From Epithemia pelagica (Eukaryota; Protista; Bacillariophyta), in contig OX337233.1 of the NCBI GenBank assembly GCA_946965045.2, positions 3,224,001 to 3,288,000 of the forward strand: a stretch of DNA of 64,000 bases, in the 5' to 3' direction. A model generated the notes under the pieces. That model was not told where the DNA came from. It saw nothing but the letters and a program-made list of their open reading frames with translations, and ran no database searches. Below, in pieces: positions 1 through 11,468 of this stretch (the first letter of the stretch is position 1; each line of letters begins with the position of its first letter). Position numbers and translations under genes: made by a program.

Positions 1-1098
1 GTTACCGACGCTTGAAACCGCATCAAGTTAGTCACATTGTCAGGCGCTGTCATAATTACAAAAATGGAACATATCATCTTTTAAGAAGACTTGGATATAA
101 ATATGCCGATGCCGGATTGAGGAGCTTTGCAAAGAATCCCGCCGGCCGGATCTGTGCCCAAAAACGACCTCTCAATGCGCTGCATAATGCAGTACAAAAA
201 TACTATTATCACAAGAATTCGACGCTCTTGAATAGAGACCAGACCAATCAACTTCGCTCACCCGGATCATCCTCTTCCCTCCGTTTGGATGTTTCGTTGT
301 TACCAGATTACTTGATTATCGGGGACGATGATACATGGATCCATATTGGTGCGTTGAAATCAAGCTTGCCCAAAATGTATCCTCCCAACGAACCTCGAGC
401 TGTTGCAGGATGCCTCATTCGATTTGAGCCCCGTTATGCTTATTTTACCATTCCTTTCGGTGGGTTTGGTCTGGTTCTGACCCGTTCCACCTTGTTCAAT
501 CTCTTGCGTCCCATTGATTGTTTCTTCCAAGATACAAAGCATACTGAGCGTCCTGTCGAATCGAGGCCACCTTTCTCCAAAGACAGCGACTTTGACGCCC
601 TGGTTTGTTGGAGACTGGAACAAAATCTCATTGGTGAACGAGAGGTTTTTCGTCGGGGCATGAGTTTGCTGGATATGATGTATGAATACTCTGTTGCCGC
701 ACCCTATTTACAAGTCGAACAATGGGGGAATAATTCGTTTTGTTGGCACAGTGACTGGGTTTGGGGGTACTTGATCAACTACTATCACATGGCGAGACAT
801 TCAAGTCTCAACAATTCACCAGAACTCCCGGGAAAGTTCAACAAGGTTGGGTCAACTTTGCTCCATGATCGCATGGAAGGCTACAATCATTCCCAATATT
901 TGCCAGTGCTTTTTGGGCCAATGCCTCAACTCGAATGACTACAGTTTCGATAGAGAGGGATCAACCAACTTAACGGTGAGCAATGGTGGGAAGAAGAGCA
1001 GTCTCGGCGACGCCTATTGTGATGAGCATGCCCATTTTTGTCATCGTATTTCAGCTTCCCATATCACTACTTGCATCAATTGCATCAACAAATGTAGC
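1..1098 (+). pseudogene. Fringe-like (GT31-type) glycosyltransferase, copy A; 5' end outside window, two 3' frameshifts
   Basis: ORF 12-938 has DYLIIGDDDTWI (DxD motif) and is colinear with the 9621-11096 paralog. Relative to the paralog there is a 17-nt deletion near 901-915 and a 1-nt deletion near 1062; the C-terminal homology (GQCLNSNDY, GDAYCDEHAHFCHRISAS, LHQLHQQ) lies in other frames. Confidence 0.75.
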
Positions 1099-1238
1099 AT
1101 GAACACCATAAAGTTTGGAAGTATGCGGGTTGGTAGTTTCGAGCAATACGGTATTGAACGAAACTATTCAGATCTAAATTTCTTTTATCTCTATGGACTA
1201 TTCTGGTCTATCAGTGAGCATGTATCCTTCATATCTTG

Positions 1239-2639
1239 CTATTGAAGAAGTTCGGGTGCAACAAGTTCGTTGCTCTTCTCGATGGGATCCGACCAGGCGA
1301 CGACGACACGACGGCCTTGATCAAACGTTGGTTGTCTGCCATGGGCGGTACGAAAGTTGTCAATCAAAACCAAATCACCCTTTTGCCAACGATTCAATAC
1401 CATATTCTTGTGGACGGCACGACGGATTTCCTGCACTTCTCCCAAAGAAAAGGGAGTTCCATCGCCAAACGAAATGTCCAGACCCATGCGCTGTCCCAAC
1501 AATCCATATTGAATCACGGATTTGATGGAAATGTAAATGGCACGCAGCAAGAACCGGACATCTCTTGTCAGGGAAAAGGAATAGAACAATTCGGCAGGAA
1601 AGCTCGTCCAGTGAAAGACTTGTGCATGATTGAACCAGATAGGATCTTTGGTTTCGGGATGCAACTGAAAGGGCTCTGCCGTGTATTCACTCACAAAGGT
1701 ATCATTGTTGCGCCCTTCCCATCGAACGGGCATGTTCTCTCGTTGTGCAATTTCTTCGACTTGTCGCTTGTTTGTTGTCCCAAAGACCTCGGGCCAGGAT
1801 TTCATGGCTGCCACATCGTGTGTGAAACGAGCGCCCCGTTTATGATGCGTTCGGCGGTATTGAATCTTTTTGGTGGCCAATTTCTGGCGAAGTTGAGGGG
1901 AAATATCGAGAAAGACTTGACGGAAATCACTCAATGCCGTTTCCCCACCCAATGCCTTGGGAGCTTTCAAGGCACTAAAAAAGACGTTTTTGGGAAGCGA
2001 TTCCAAAAAGGACATTTCCAAATGTTGCGCAATGGGATAATGTGATGGAACTTCGGCGGCCGAGAAGACAAAGGTGGTTCCATCTTGCGCACTACGAGGA
2101 GAAGTTCCTCGATATTCATGACTCAAACGGTGAGGCTCGTAAGCCAAAAGTGCATCTTCAACGTCTTGCGCCGTATCAATGTCAAAGTTTCGAAACAAGA
2201 CGGCCCCATATTCCAGTATTTGTTGATCCAACCACGGTTTGTTCTGTCGCAAGAACGACTGCAGAAAATCAAGAGAGGAATCATTTCTTGGCTTGATGAC
2301 GAGGGGGAATGGCTGTTCTTTCCTTGTACCTCCATCATCAGTTTGAAATTTGGAAATTGTCACGTCATGAATGGTTGGTGAAAGCATGGTTATTGATTGG
2401 TCGTCGTTGTATAAAAGCTCGTCTTGTCCGGTAACCAGTTCCGGCGACAAAACGAGAGGACTTGTGAGAAAACCTGGATCTACGTCGGTGTCATCTCGAA
2501 ACTTGTAGGCAAGATTCCAATTTCTTAAACGATGTGTGGAGAATGAGAATGGTTTTGTCACTTGCACTGTGGAAAATGCGTCGGATGACTCCAGGGCTAG
2601 AGCACTCAGTGTAAGAAGCGAAAGGACCCATGTATTCAT
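1239..2639 (-). CDS. TauD/TfdA (SyrP-like) Fe(II)/2-oxoglutarate dioxygenase, copy 1, probably plastid-targeted
   Basis: 466 aa; YGAVLFRNF, YRGTSPR, H-L-E metal motif, GGETALSD, W..GDLVLIDNFRTAHGR; signal peptide ending SSDA-F. Confidence 0.88.
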   Translation of the reverse strand: MNTWVLSLLTLSALALESSDAFSTVQVTKPFSFSTHRLRNWNLAYKFRDDTDVDPGFLTSPLVLSPELVTGQDELLYNDDQSITMLSPTIHDVTISKFQTDDGGTRKEQPFPLVIKPRNDSSLDFLQSFLRQNKPWLDQQILEYGAVLFRNFDIDTAQDVEDALLAYEPHRLSHEYRGTSPRSAQDGTTFVFSAAEVPSHYPIAQHLEMSFLESLPKNVFFSALKAPKALGGETALSDFRQVFLDISPQLRQKLATKKIQYRRTHHKRGARFTHDVAAMKSWPEVFGTTNKRQVEEIAQRENMPVRWEGRNNDTFVSEYTAEPFQLHPETKDPIWFNHAQVFHWTSFPAELFYSFSLTRDVRFLLRAIYISIKSVIQYGLLGQRMGLDISFGDGTPFSLGEVQEIRRAVHKNMVLNRWQKGDLVLIDNFRTAHGRQPTFDQGRRVVVAWSDPIEKSNELVAPELLQ

Positions 2640-3188
2640 GATGGTAGTATGTCTATGCTTGATGTTGTGTTGTTGCTGCTAATGTTGTTGTTGTGCGTTT
2701 GTTGCTTGTTTGTTTTGTGAGAGGAGCGCATCTTGGTTGCGATGGATCGTCGTGGATCCATCCTTTTTGTTCAATACTGTTCAATGTGTTCTTGAGCATT
2801 GTGGATGGCAGCGAATAAGAGCCCAATCGAAATCTGGCTCATGATTTTTGTGGGATAGGCGGCAGTGGGACTTTCGGTCGGCGCGCGAATTGGGGCCAAC
2901 GTCAGACACAGCGCGATGACATCACTCTCAGTTCGTCTCAAGGTTACGACGGTTAACGGTCGATATTATTTTTTCGTATCGCGGACTTCCCTACGAGCTC
3001 GTATAGTCGTATTTGACAATGATCTATTACTGCCTTATGACTGGTTGACTCCAATAAGAAGACCACGTCATTCCTTCTTCTGAACAAAGGTAAAGACAAC
3101 GATTAAGCAGCATCAACCAAGGAAAATTGGCATAACCCTCCCAACGAATATTCTACTCAATTCAGTACGTTTCTAAACTTAAGCCATA

Positions 3189-3803
3189 AGGGCTGGGTAA
3201 GCCGATCCATGTTCGGCTAGGTAGGCTCAGTACAAAACCTACGTAGAGTACATAAAATCAGATAGTACACGTCACGCCGGAAATGGTCGGAATTTCAAAA
3301 AAATGCAAAAACGCTCGACAATGATGGCGAGATCCGGTGACGCCGTATGCATTCACCCATGCATCGCATAACCATCCAACCACCGTAAGTCCTTTGCCTT
3401 TACCCTTGAAATTGTTGTCTAAAATTACAGAAGATTTGCCAAGTTGGCTGAAAAGGTACGCTCATTTTACTGCAGTGATGAAATCGAACGACCGCCCTAA
3501 CTCACTCATTTTTCAAGGGTGCCTCGACCGAATTGAAAGCAGAGTCCCTCTAGTAGTAAAGATTCTTAATCTCAAAGCGGTCGAGTCAAGCTCTATTACT
3601 CAGGAAGTTATGGCCATGGGGGTGATGGCTTCCATCATTGTCGAATGATGGCTTCCGGATTGCACCTTTTCTATCGGTGGCAAGTTTACGACGTGCGACT
3701 CGGTGTGACCATCCGCCCCACTTCTTACACACACGAAAATAGTACTACGTAGGTTAATGTACTGAGCCTACTTAGCCGAACATGGATCGGCTTACCCAGC
3801 CCT
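3189..3803. mobile_element. Non-autonomous DNA transposon (MITE-like) with ~60-bp terminal inverted repeats
   Basis: Left end AGGGCTGGGTAAGCCGATCCATGTTCGGCTAGGTAGGCTCAGTAC matches the reverse complement of the right end (one mismatch in this span). Flanked by TA at 3187-3188 and 3804-3805; no transposase ORF. Confidence 0.85.
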
Positions 3804-4243
3804 TACTGTACATAGGGCTTTGAGATTGTTTATTGGTCCTATGAATACGCGAGCGAAATTCTCTCCCAATTCATCGCCAATCAATCAAACAGATGAAGGG
3901 TAGGATTGGTTGTCAAACACCATCCAGCAATTGACACTGGTGAAACTAAGACCAACCTTGGATTGGAACGACATCTTTCCAGTCAAAAGAGGAGGAGGAC
4001 CACCAAATCGGCATAATAGAAAATTACTCTCGAGCCAGTGGTCGTTCCCTGCGATTCCACTTGAACTCCTTTCTGTTTGTTGCAAACCACATGCTGGATC
4101 CAAACCACCAATCCTTGTCGAACAACCGCAGGAGGTCACGGCAGCAACAGCACACTCGAGAATCGACAGGGTCATTTTCACACCAAGAACCACAACAACT
4201 GGGACATTCCATCACGAGCCGTACTGTTTGGTTCAACAGTAGA

Positions 4244-4984
4244 ATGATCCTTGCCGTGTTGTTCCTTCTCGACTTGATTGCCGTCGCATGCAGTTCCACC
4301 GCAGCTCCTCGTGTCCAAACGACGACCACCACGGAACGTTGGCTCGACTCGGAGTTTCCTCGCATCACGTGGAATGCCGTTTCCACTTTTTGCTGGAATA
4401 GCAAGGAGGGTGGGGGCTTGTTTTCCAGTCCTTCTGTGGCTCTGACAACGACCTCTCCCGATCTCCCACTGTTCATTACCCCCAACAACAAGGTGTCTTC
4501 TCCACCAAAGAGCAGCAACAATATGTGGTGGCCGGAAATAGCATCCTCGGTTCCATGGCGACCATCTCCATTTCGACACCCCTCGTCGTCGTCCTCCTCT
4601 TCCTCTGTGATTGCTGAACCGGATTCGGAAAATACACAAGACTTGTTGTTATTGAGACCGGGCAGTACCTATTTGTCGGAAATGAAAATCCCCATTATTG
4701 GCAAACAAGTGTTTCGATTGCTTATTACCGGGTCCAATACAGCGCGTCTGGACATTCAAGGTCGCATCTTGCGATTGGTCGATGACAATGTCTTGTTTAC
4801 CGTCAATCATACCAATGGGGATATTTCCCTTGTCTTGTCCCATGCCACCTACCATGTCCTGCGTCGATTTCGGACTCGATTGGGACGTGTCGCCTACGAT
4901 ATGGCGACCGATGAAGCCTCGTTGGAAGTTCAACCACCCTTACCCGCCTCGATTCGATTGCGATTCAAACGTGTCGCATCCTGA
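4244..4984 (+). CDS. Hypothetical secreted protein
   Basis: ATG 4244 opens a hydrophobic signal (MILAVLFLLDLIAVACSS), then a Ser/Pro linker and a globular beta-rich C-terminus; within ORF 4061-4984. Confidence 0.6.
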   Translation: MILAVLFLLDLIAVACSSTAAPRVQTTTTTERWLDSEFPRITWNAVSTFCWNSKEGGGLFSSPSVALTTTSPDLPLFITPNNKVSSPPKSSNNMWWPEIASSVPWRPSPFRHPSSSSSSSSVIAEPDSENTQDLLLLRPGSTYLSEMKIPIIGKQVFRLLITGSNTARLDIQGRILRLVDDNVLFTVNHTNGDISLVLSHATYHVLRRFRTRLGRVAYDMATDEASLEVQPPLPASIRLRFKRVAS

Positions 4985-5669
4985 TGAATCACAAACTATA
5001 CTGCGATAATGGATTTTGCAACATCATTTCCTCTCATCAAAATGCGATCCGACCACCAATGGTTACCGAAATGCCAGAGTCAACCATACCGGAAATGGTT
5101 GACCATAGTACATTGGTCCCACTGGTCGATGGAGAAAAAGACTGCGCTTGCTGCCAAGCATCTTTTTATTGGTAAAAAGAAGAATGCTCTTCACGAGGCA
5201 TCAATATGAGGGAATCCTACACGGGTGATCGAATGCAGCAAACCATGGCAGTTTATTGGTCTCTCTCGACTCTCAACATTCCATTCGAAGGAACTGGATC
5301 AACCTCCAATTCAAGATACTCTAGCCGCATACACTATCGGCTAGCCTTCTTTCTCTATTCTCCTAGGTAGATTCAAAGTCATTCACTATGATGTCATCGC
5401 GCGGTGTGTGACGTTGGCCCCAATTCGCGCGCCGACCGACAGTCCCACGGTCTCTTTTCCCACAAAAAGCAGCATGAGCAGATTTCGATTGGGCTCTTAT
5501 TCGCTGCCATGCACAATGCTCAAGAACACATTGAACACTATTGAACAAGAAGGATGGATCAACGACAATCCACTGCAACCATGGTGCGCTCCTCCCACAA
5601 AACAAAGAAACAACAAACATACAACAACATTAGCAGCAACAACACGAAAACATCAAGCATACTACCATC

Positions 5670-7070
5670 ATGAATACATGGGTCCTTTCGCTTCTCGCTC
5701 TGAGTGCTCTAACCCTGGAGTCATCTGACGCATTTTCCACAGTGCAAGTGAAAAGACCATTCACATTCTCCACACACCGCCGAACAAATTGGAATCTGGC
5801 CTACAAGCTCCAAGATGACACCGACGTAGATCCAGGTTTTCTCACAAGTCCACTAATTTTGTCACCGGAACTGGTTACCGGACAAGACGAGCTTATGTAC
5901 CACGATGACCAATCAATAACCATGCTTTCACCAACCATTCATGACGTGACGATTTCTAAATTTCAAACTGATGATGGAGGTGCAAGAAAAGAAAAGCCAT
6001 TCCCCCTCGTCATCAAGCCAAGAAATGATTCCTCTCTTGATTTTCTGCAGTCGGTCTTGCGACAGAACAAACCGTGGTTGGATCAACACATTCTAAAATA
6101 CGGCGCTGTATTGTTTCGAGACTTTGACATTGATACGGCACAAGACGTTGAAGATGCGGTCTTGGCCTATGAGCCTAAAGGTCTGAGTCATGAATATCGA
6201 GGAACTTCTCCTCGCAGTGCGCAAGATGGAACGACCTTTGTCTTTTCGGCCGCCGAAGTTCCCTCGCATTACCCCCTTGCGCAACATTTGGAAATGTCCT
6301 TTTTGGAATCACTTCCCAAAAATGTCTTTTTTAGTGCCTTGAAAGCCCCCAAGGCACTGGGTGGGGAAACGGCATTGAGTGATTTCCGTCAAGTCTTTCG
6401 CGATATTTCCCCTCAACTTCGCCAGAAATTGGCCACCAAAAAAAATCGATACCGACGGACGCATCATAAACGTGGTGCTCGCTTCACACACGATGTGGCA
6501 GCCATGAAATCCTGGCCTGAGGTCTTTGGCACCATAGACAAGCGACAAGTGGAGCGAATTGCGCAACGAGAAAACATGCCCGTTCGATGGGAAGGGCGCA
6601 ACAAAGATACCTTTGTGAGCAAATACACGGCCGAACCCTTTCAATTGCATCCCGAGACCAAAGATCCTATCTGGTTCAATCATGCACAAGTCTTTCACTG
6701 GACGAGCTTTCCTGCCGAATTGTTCTATTCCTTTTCCCTGACAAGAGATGTCCGGTTCTTGTTGCGTGCCATTTACATTTCCATCAAATCTGTGATTCAA
6801 TATGGATTGCTGGGACAGCGCATGGGTCTGGACATTTCCTTTGGCGATGGAACTCCCTTTTCTTTGCGAGAAGTGCAGGAAATCCGTCGTGCCGTCCACA
6901 AGAATATGGTATTGAATCGTTGGCAAAAGGGCGATTTGGTTTTGATTGACAACTTTCGTACCGCCCATGGTAGACAACCAACGTTTGATCAAGGCCGTCG
7001 TGTCGTCGTCGCTTGGTCGGATCCGATCGAGAAGAGCAACGAACCTGTTGCACCCGAGCTTCTTCAATAG
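5670..7070 (+). CDS. TauD/TfdA (SyrP-like) dioxygenase, copy 2
   Basis: 466 aa, near-identical to copy 1 with all motifs intact; ~290 bp of upstream sequence (5385-5670) is also homologous to 2640-2930. Confidence 0.88.
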   Translation: MNTWVLSLLALSALTLESSDAFSTVQVKRPFTFSTHRRTNWNLAYKLQDDTDVDPGFLTSPLILSPELVTGQDELMYHDDQSITMLSPTIHDVTISKFQTDDGGARKEKPFPLVIKPRNDSSLDFLQSVLRQNKPWLDQHILKYGAVLFRDFDIDTAQDVEDAVLAYEPKGLSHEYRGTSPRSAQDGTTFVFSAAEVPSHYPLAQHLEMSFLESLPKNVFFSALKAPKALGGETALSDFRQVFRDISPQLRQKLATKKNRYRRTHHKRGARFTHDVAAMKSWPEVFGTIDKRQVERIAQRENMPVRWEGRNKDTFVSKYTAEPFQLHPETKDPIWFNHAQVFHWTSFPAELFYSFSLTRDVRFLLRAIYISIKSVIQYGLLGQRMGLDISFGDGTPFSLREVQEIRRAVHKNMVLNRWQKGDLVLIDNFRTAHGRQPTFDQGRRVVVAWSDPIEKSNEPVAPELLQ

Positions 7071-7584
7071 CAAGGTATGAAGGTTAGATACTGGCTGATA
7101 GACAAGAATATTCTATAGAGAGATAAAGTAATTTAGACTTTTAAGGTTTTCATGCTACGCTTGTCTAATGATGATTCGTTCCTCTTTTCAATTGGTAGAG
7201 TCTAGCTAGCGGAGGTTGTGTAGTAGGCTCGTCAGAGACTTCGTCCATTTTTTCTCACTCCAACATGGTGCAAATGCCAATGAACAGTTTTGCTGTCCAA
7301 TAATGGGACGCAAACTCCATCAGCAGCATCTTGGTGTATCTTTGTAACACCTTTTTCCTTGCCTTTGTGAATGGCAATAGTAGGAGGCCTTACGTATTCT
7401 TTTTCCATGGATGACAATTTATTCTTCTGACTTCTGACTATCATCATTGTCATCTGTTGGGCCCTCTCCGGTCACTTGCTCATAATTTAATCATCTGGAT
7501 GGTATGATGACTCATTGTGATCATCACTGGATGTGTCAGGCATTGTAGAAAGGCTGTTAGGCTGACCCTTTTACGAGGCAATCA

Positions 7585-8244
7585 TTAGCGGAGCTTTGCC
7601 GTTTTGCACATGCCGTCGCCACTGCCAGCGCCGTCATTGCCCCTCTTCTTGTGATTGCCACCTTCTTTGTCCCCATCTTTCTTGTTGTCGTCTTCATCAT
7701 TGTCGTTGTCGCCACCACCGTCATGATCGGAGTGGTCCGAAATTGGAGGCGAGGCCAGAAATGGACGAAAAAAACACAAGGCACCAATCATGTCAAGGCA
7801 GTCCGTAATGTCTGGGTTTCCCGCGAGCGTTGGGAAAGGGATAGCTGCGGCAACCATGACGTTCAAAACACCCAGGGCGTTTGGCTGCTGCGTGTGGATG
7901 TTGCTGTTTGGCACAGCGGCCACGTATCCAAAAAGAGCGTACAATTCGCGTCGGAAACCAGCGTTGTTTGCTGCCAAGGTGTTCAGTCCAGCGTGATTTG
8001 TTGCATTCACCAAAGCACCCCACACTTGCTGGGGTGCGACCTGCGCCATGTTCTCTTGAAGCTTTAGAAGTTCCTTCCCTCTTCGGAGTCGTGTTCTCAG
8101 CTCTACCCCTCTCTTGTGGCGCTCATTTTCCTCGGTCTCGTTCAACGCAACGAAAACTACCTTGACGACATTCTTCTTCTTCTTGCTGTCCACTCCCTTG
8201 GTGGCTGTCCCCTGCTTGTTGCTCTTGCGCAGGATGCTGTGCAT
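7585..8244 (-). other. Unassigned ORF fragment between dioxygenase copies 2 and 3
   Basis: 219-aa ORF with a K/E-rich N-terminus and D/G-rich C-terminus; no family recognised. Confidence 0.25.
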
Positions 8245-8455
8245 TCGGTTGGTTGTACAATAGCTAGCGTGTTGATTTGTGATGCGGCTGGTGGTGGTCT
8301 GTGGACGTCTGTCTGCTGCTTGTTTGCTTCCGCTGATGTTTTTGACCGAAGTATATAGTGTGCCGTGCTTTGGGGGTCCCTGGAGAGAGTACAGTTAAAG
8401 TCTATAGTGACGTCACAGATTTTGCTGCAAAACTCGAGGCCCAATGGGATTCCTT

Positions 8456-9471
8456 TTCCCACTGTTTTTCCTCATTGTTCAACCATTCATCTGGCGTGAC
8501 GATTGACGATATCAAAAATTTTGGAGCGACGCGGTGCGTACAAGAAAAGAAAAGTCATTCCCTCTCATCATCAAGCCAAGGAAATGATTCTTCTCTTGAT
8601 TTCCTAAATGGCTCTTGCAACACAACAAGCCGTGGTTAGATCAACTCCACATGGCTTGAGTCATGAATACAGAGGAACTTCTCCTCGCAGTGCACAAGAT
8701 GGAACCACCTTTGTCTTCTCGGCCGCCGAAGTTCCATCACATTATCCCCTTGCGCAACAGGGTGGGGAAACGGCATTGACTGATTTCCGTCAAGTCTTTC
8801 GGGATATTTCCTCTCAACTTCGCCAGAAATTGGCCACCAAAAAGATTCAATACCGACGGACGCACAATAAACGTGGTGCTTGCTTCACGCACGATGTGGC
8901 AGCCATGAAATCCTGGGCCGAGGTCTTTGGAACCACGGACAAGCGACAAGTAAAAGAAATTGCACAACGAGAAAACATGCCCGTTCGATGGGAAGGGCGC
9001 AACAATGATACCTTTGTGAGCGAATACACGGCCGAACCCTTTCAGTTGCATCCCGAAACCAAAGATCCTATCTGGTTCAATCATGCACAAGTCTTTCACT
9101 GGACGAGCTTTCCTGCCGAATTGTTCTACTCCTTTTCCTTGACAAGAGATGTCCGGTTCTTGTTGCGTGCCATTTACATTTCCATCAAATCTGTGATTCA
9201 ATATGGATTGCTGGGACAGCGCATGGGTCTGGACATTTCCTTTGGCGATGGAACTCCCTTTTCTTTGCGAGAAGTGCAGGAAATCCGTCGTGCCGTCCAC
9301 AAGAATATGGTATTGAATCGTTGGCAAAAGGGCGATTTGGTTTTGATTGACAACTTTCGTACCGCCCATGGTAGACAACCAACGTTTGATCAAGGCCGTC
9401 GTGTCGTCGTCGCTTGGTCGGATCCGATCGAGAAGAGCAACGAACCTGTTGCACCCGAGCTTCTTCAATAG
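8456..9471 (+). pseudogene. TauD-like dioxygenase, copy 3: 5'-truncated and internally deleted
   Basis: Lacks the signal/transit region; 8456-8640 is indel-riddled homology. One deletion removes the YGAVLFR segment and a second removes HLEMSF...KAL (HYPLAQ/QGGETAL), i.e. the HxE metal ligands. Confidence 0.85.
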
Positions 9472-9620
9472 CAAGGTATGAAGGTTAGATACTGGCCGAT
9501 AGACCAGAATAGTCCATAGAGATAAAAGAGCTAAAAAGTATTGGCTACTGCTCTCTTGCGCGAAAATATCAACGCCCATAATCCCCACACTCCACAGTCC
9601 CAAACTTCCAGGTGTTATGG

Positions 9621-11096
9621 CTATTTTTGTTGATGTAACTGATGCAAATGATGCATACGGGAAGCTGAAATACGATGGCAAAAATGGGCATGCTCATCAC
9701 AATAGGCGTCGCCTGGACTGCTCTTGTTCTGACCCGGAACGTCCAGAGATGGCTTGGACGACGACCGCTTTAACATGCGATTGTAATCATTCGAGTTCCT
9801 GCATTGGCCCAAATATCGAGCCGCATGCCGATTCTTTGTCAAATGTTGAGAGTGATTGTAGCCTTCCATGCGATTGTGGAGCACTGATCCGACCGTTTTG
9901 TAAATTCCTGGGAGTTTCGGTGGATTGCCATGACTTGAATGCCTCGCCATGTGATAATAGTTGATCAAGTACCCCCAAACCCAATCACTATGCAAACAAA
10001 ACAATTTATTCCCCCATTGTTCGGCTTGTAAATAGGGAGCGGCGACTGCGTATTCATACATCATATCCAGCAAACTCATGCCCTGACGATATACCGCTTG
10101 CTCTCCAATGAGATTTTGTTCCAGTCTCCAACAGACCAGAGCATCAAAGTCACTATCCTTTGAGAAAGGTCGCCTCGATTCGACAGGACGTTCAGTATGG
10201 TTTGTATTGTTGAAGGAACAATCAATGGGACGCAACAGATTGTACAAGGTGGAGCGGGTCAGAACGAGACCAAACCCACCAAAAGGTATGGTAAAATAAT
10301 CATAACGAGGCTCAAATCGAATGAGGCATCCTGCCACAGCTCGAGGTTCGTTGGGAGGATACATTTTGGGTAAGCTTGATTTCAACGCATCAATATTGAT
10401 CCATGTGTCGTCGTCACCGATAATCAAGTAGTCTGGTAACTCCTGAATGATCTGATTACTATTCGAGAGCGCCTCATTGTTGTGGTAATAGTATTTGTGG
10501 ACTGCATTCTGCAGGGCATGGAGTGGTCGTTTCTGTGCACAGATCCAGCCGGAGGGATTTTTCTTGACTTTGAATATGCGGAAATAGATATAGAGGGTTC
10601 CGAGTTTCGTCAAAAGCGGGTGTGATTGGAGTTTGTAATGGCAATGATTGATAACTTGACGAACTTGATCCCATGTCAGTCGTTTGTGGCAATCTTGTTC
10701 GACATCGTCGGCTTCAGTGGCCGCATAAAAATGTCGGACGCCTTGGCCAAAGGTCTCTTTTTGGGCCTCTTGCAAATCGGCTTGTGTGACACTGCCAATA
10801 CTGACAAAATCGATTACAATTTCAGAGAAAGACGAAACTGATTCATCGATGACAACCTCATTGGAAACAGAAATGGATTGCTTGTGATCCGTGTTGCCCT
10901 GGTTGTGCGGTGATGTTGATGGGTCTTGCTGTACGGCAACGGTGGACAAGAGGGAGAGTTCCATGGCCGACCAAGAAGTGATGGAAGTATCACTCGAATG
11001 TAGTTTGACCAAATCATTCAATTGCAACATGACGAAAAGAAGACAACCCAGTCTCCATATCCATTGGACATTGAATCTCTGGAGTATTATCATCAT
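9621..11096 (-). CDS. Fringe-like (GT31-type) glycosyltransferase, copy B, type II membrane protein
   Basis: 491-aa ORF; N-terminal TM (WIWRLGCLLFVMLQL), DYLIIGDDDTWIN, PFGGFGLVL, LHSDWVWGY. Confidence 0.8.
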   Translation of the reverse strand: MMIILQRFNVQWIWRLGCLLFVMLQLNDLVKLHSSDTSITSWSAMELSLLSTVAVQQDPSTSPHNQGNTDHKQSISVSNEVVIDESVSSFSEIVIDFVSIGSVTQADLQEAQKETFGQGVRHFYAATEADDVEQDCHKRLTWDQVRQVINHCHYKLQSHPLLTKLGTLYIYFRIFKVKKNPSGWICAQKRPLHALQNAVHKYYYHNNEALSNSNQIIQELPDYLIIGDDDTWINIDALKSSLPKMYPPNEPRAVAGCLIRFEPRYDYFTIPFGGFGLVLTRSTLYNLLRPIDCSFNNTNHTERPVESRRPFSKDSDFDALVCWRLEQNLIGEQAVYRQGMSLLDMMYEYAVAAPYLQAEQWGNKLFCLHSDWVWGYLINYYHMARHSSHGNPPKLPGIYKTVGSVLHNRMEGYNHSQHLTKNRHAARYLGQCRNSNDYNRMLKRSSSKPSLDVPGQNKSSPGDAYCDEHAHFCHRISASRMHHLHQLHQQK

Positions 11097-11468
11097 CTTT
11101 AGACTGCCAAATGAAAATCAGATTGCTGCTGCTGAGACAAAAGATAAGCAAAGTCCCCAGAACGAAAAAGATCGCGTTGGGCGCTTTACAAGGCCTAAAC
11201 GCGACCTTTCAGCGACTTGTATTATGTATCTCGATCGCTAGGCATGGGCAGAGTTTCGGCATTCCAGCGAGAGAATGAATGGCAATACCTTGAGAATCAT
11301 CATGTGGTGACCCATCCAGAAGAAAAAACGTAACCACTGATCGCGAGGGCTTTGATGATCCAAAGGAACCAACCACATGGTCCTTCGTTCCAGCAGTTTT
11401 CCGTGGCAGTGGTCGTTATAGCGTTTCGGTACACACAATCATTCCATATATACGCTGCTTCTCCCTAC

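Noticed and set aside
1236-9681. Long antisense ORFs over the dioxygenase copies (1236-2045, 6309-7073, 8737-9681)
   Set aside because: Shadows of the sense CDS, repeated only because the gene is duplicated; no recognisable motifs.
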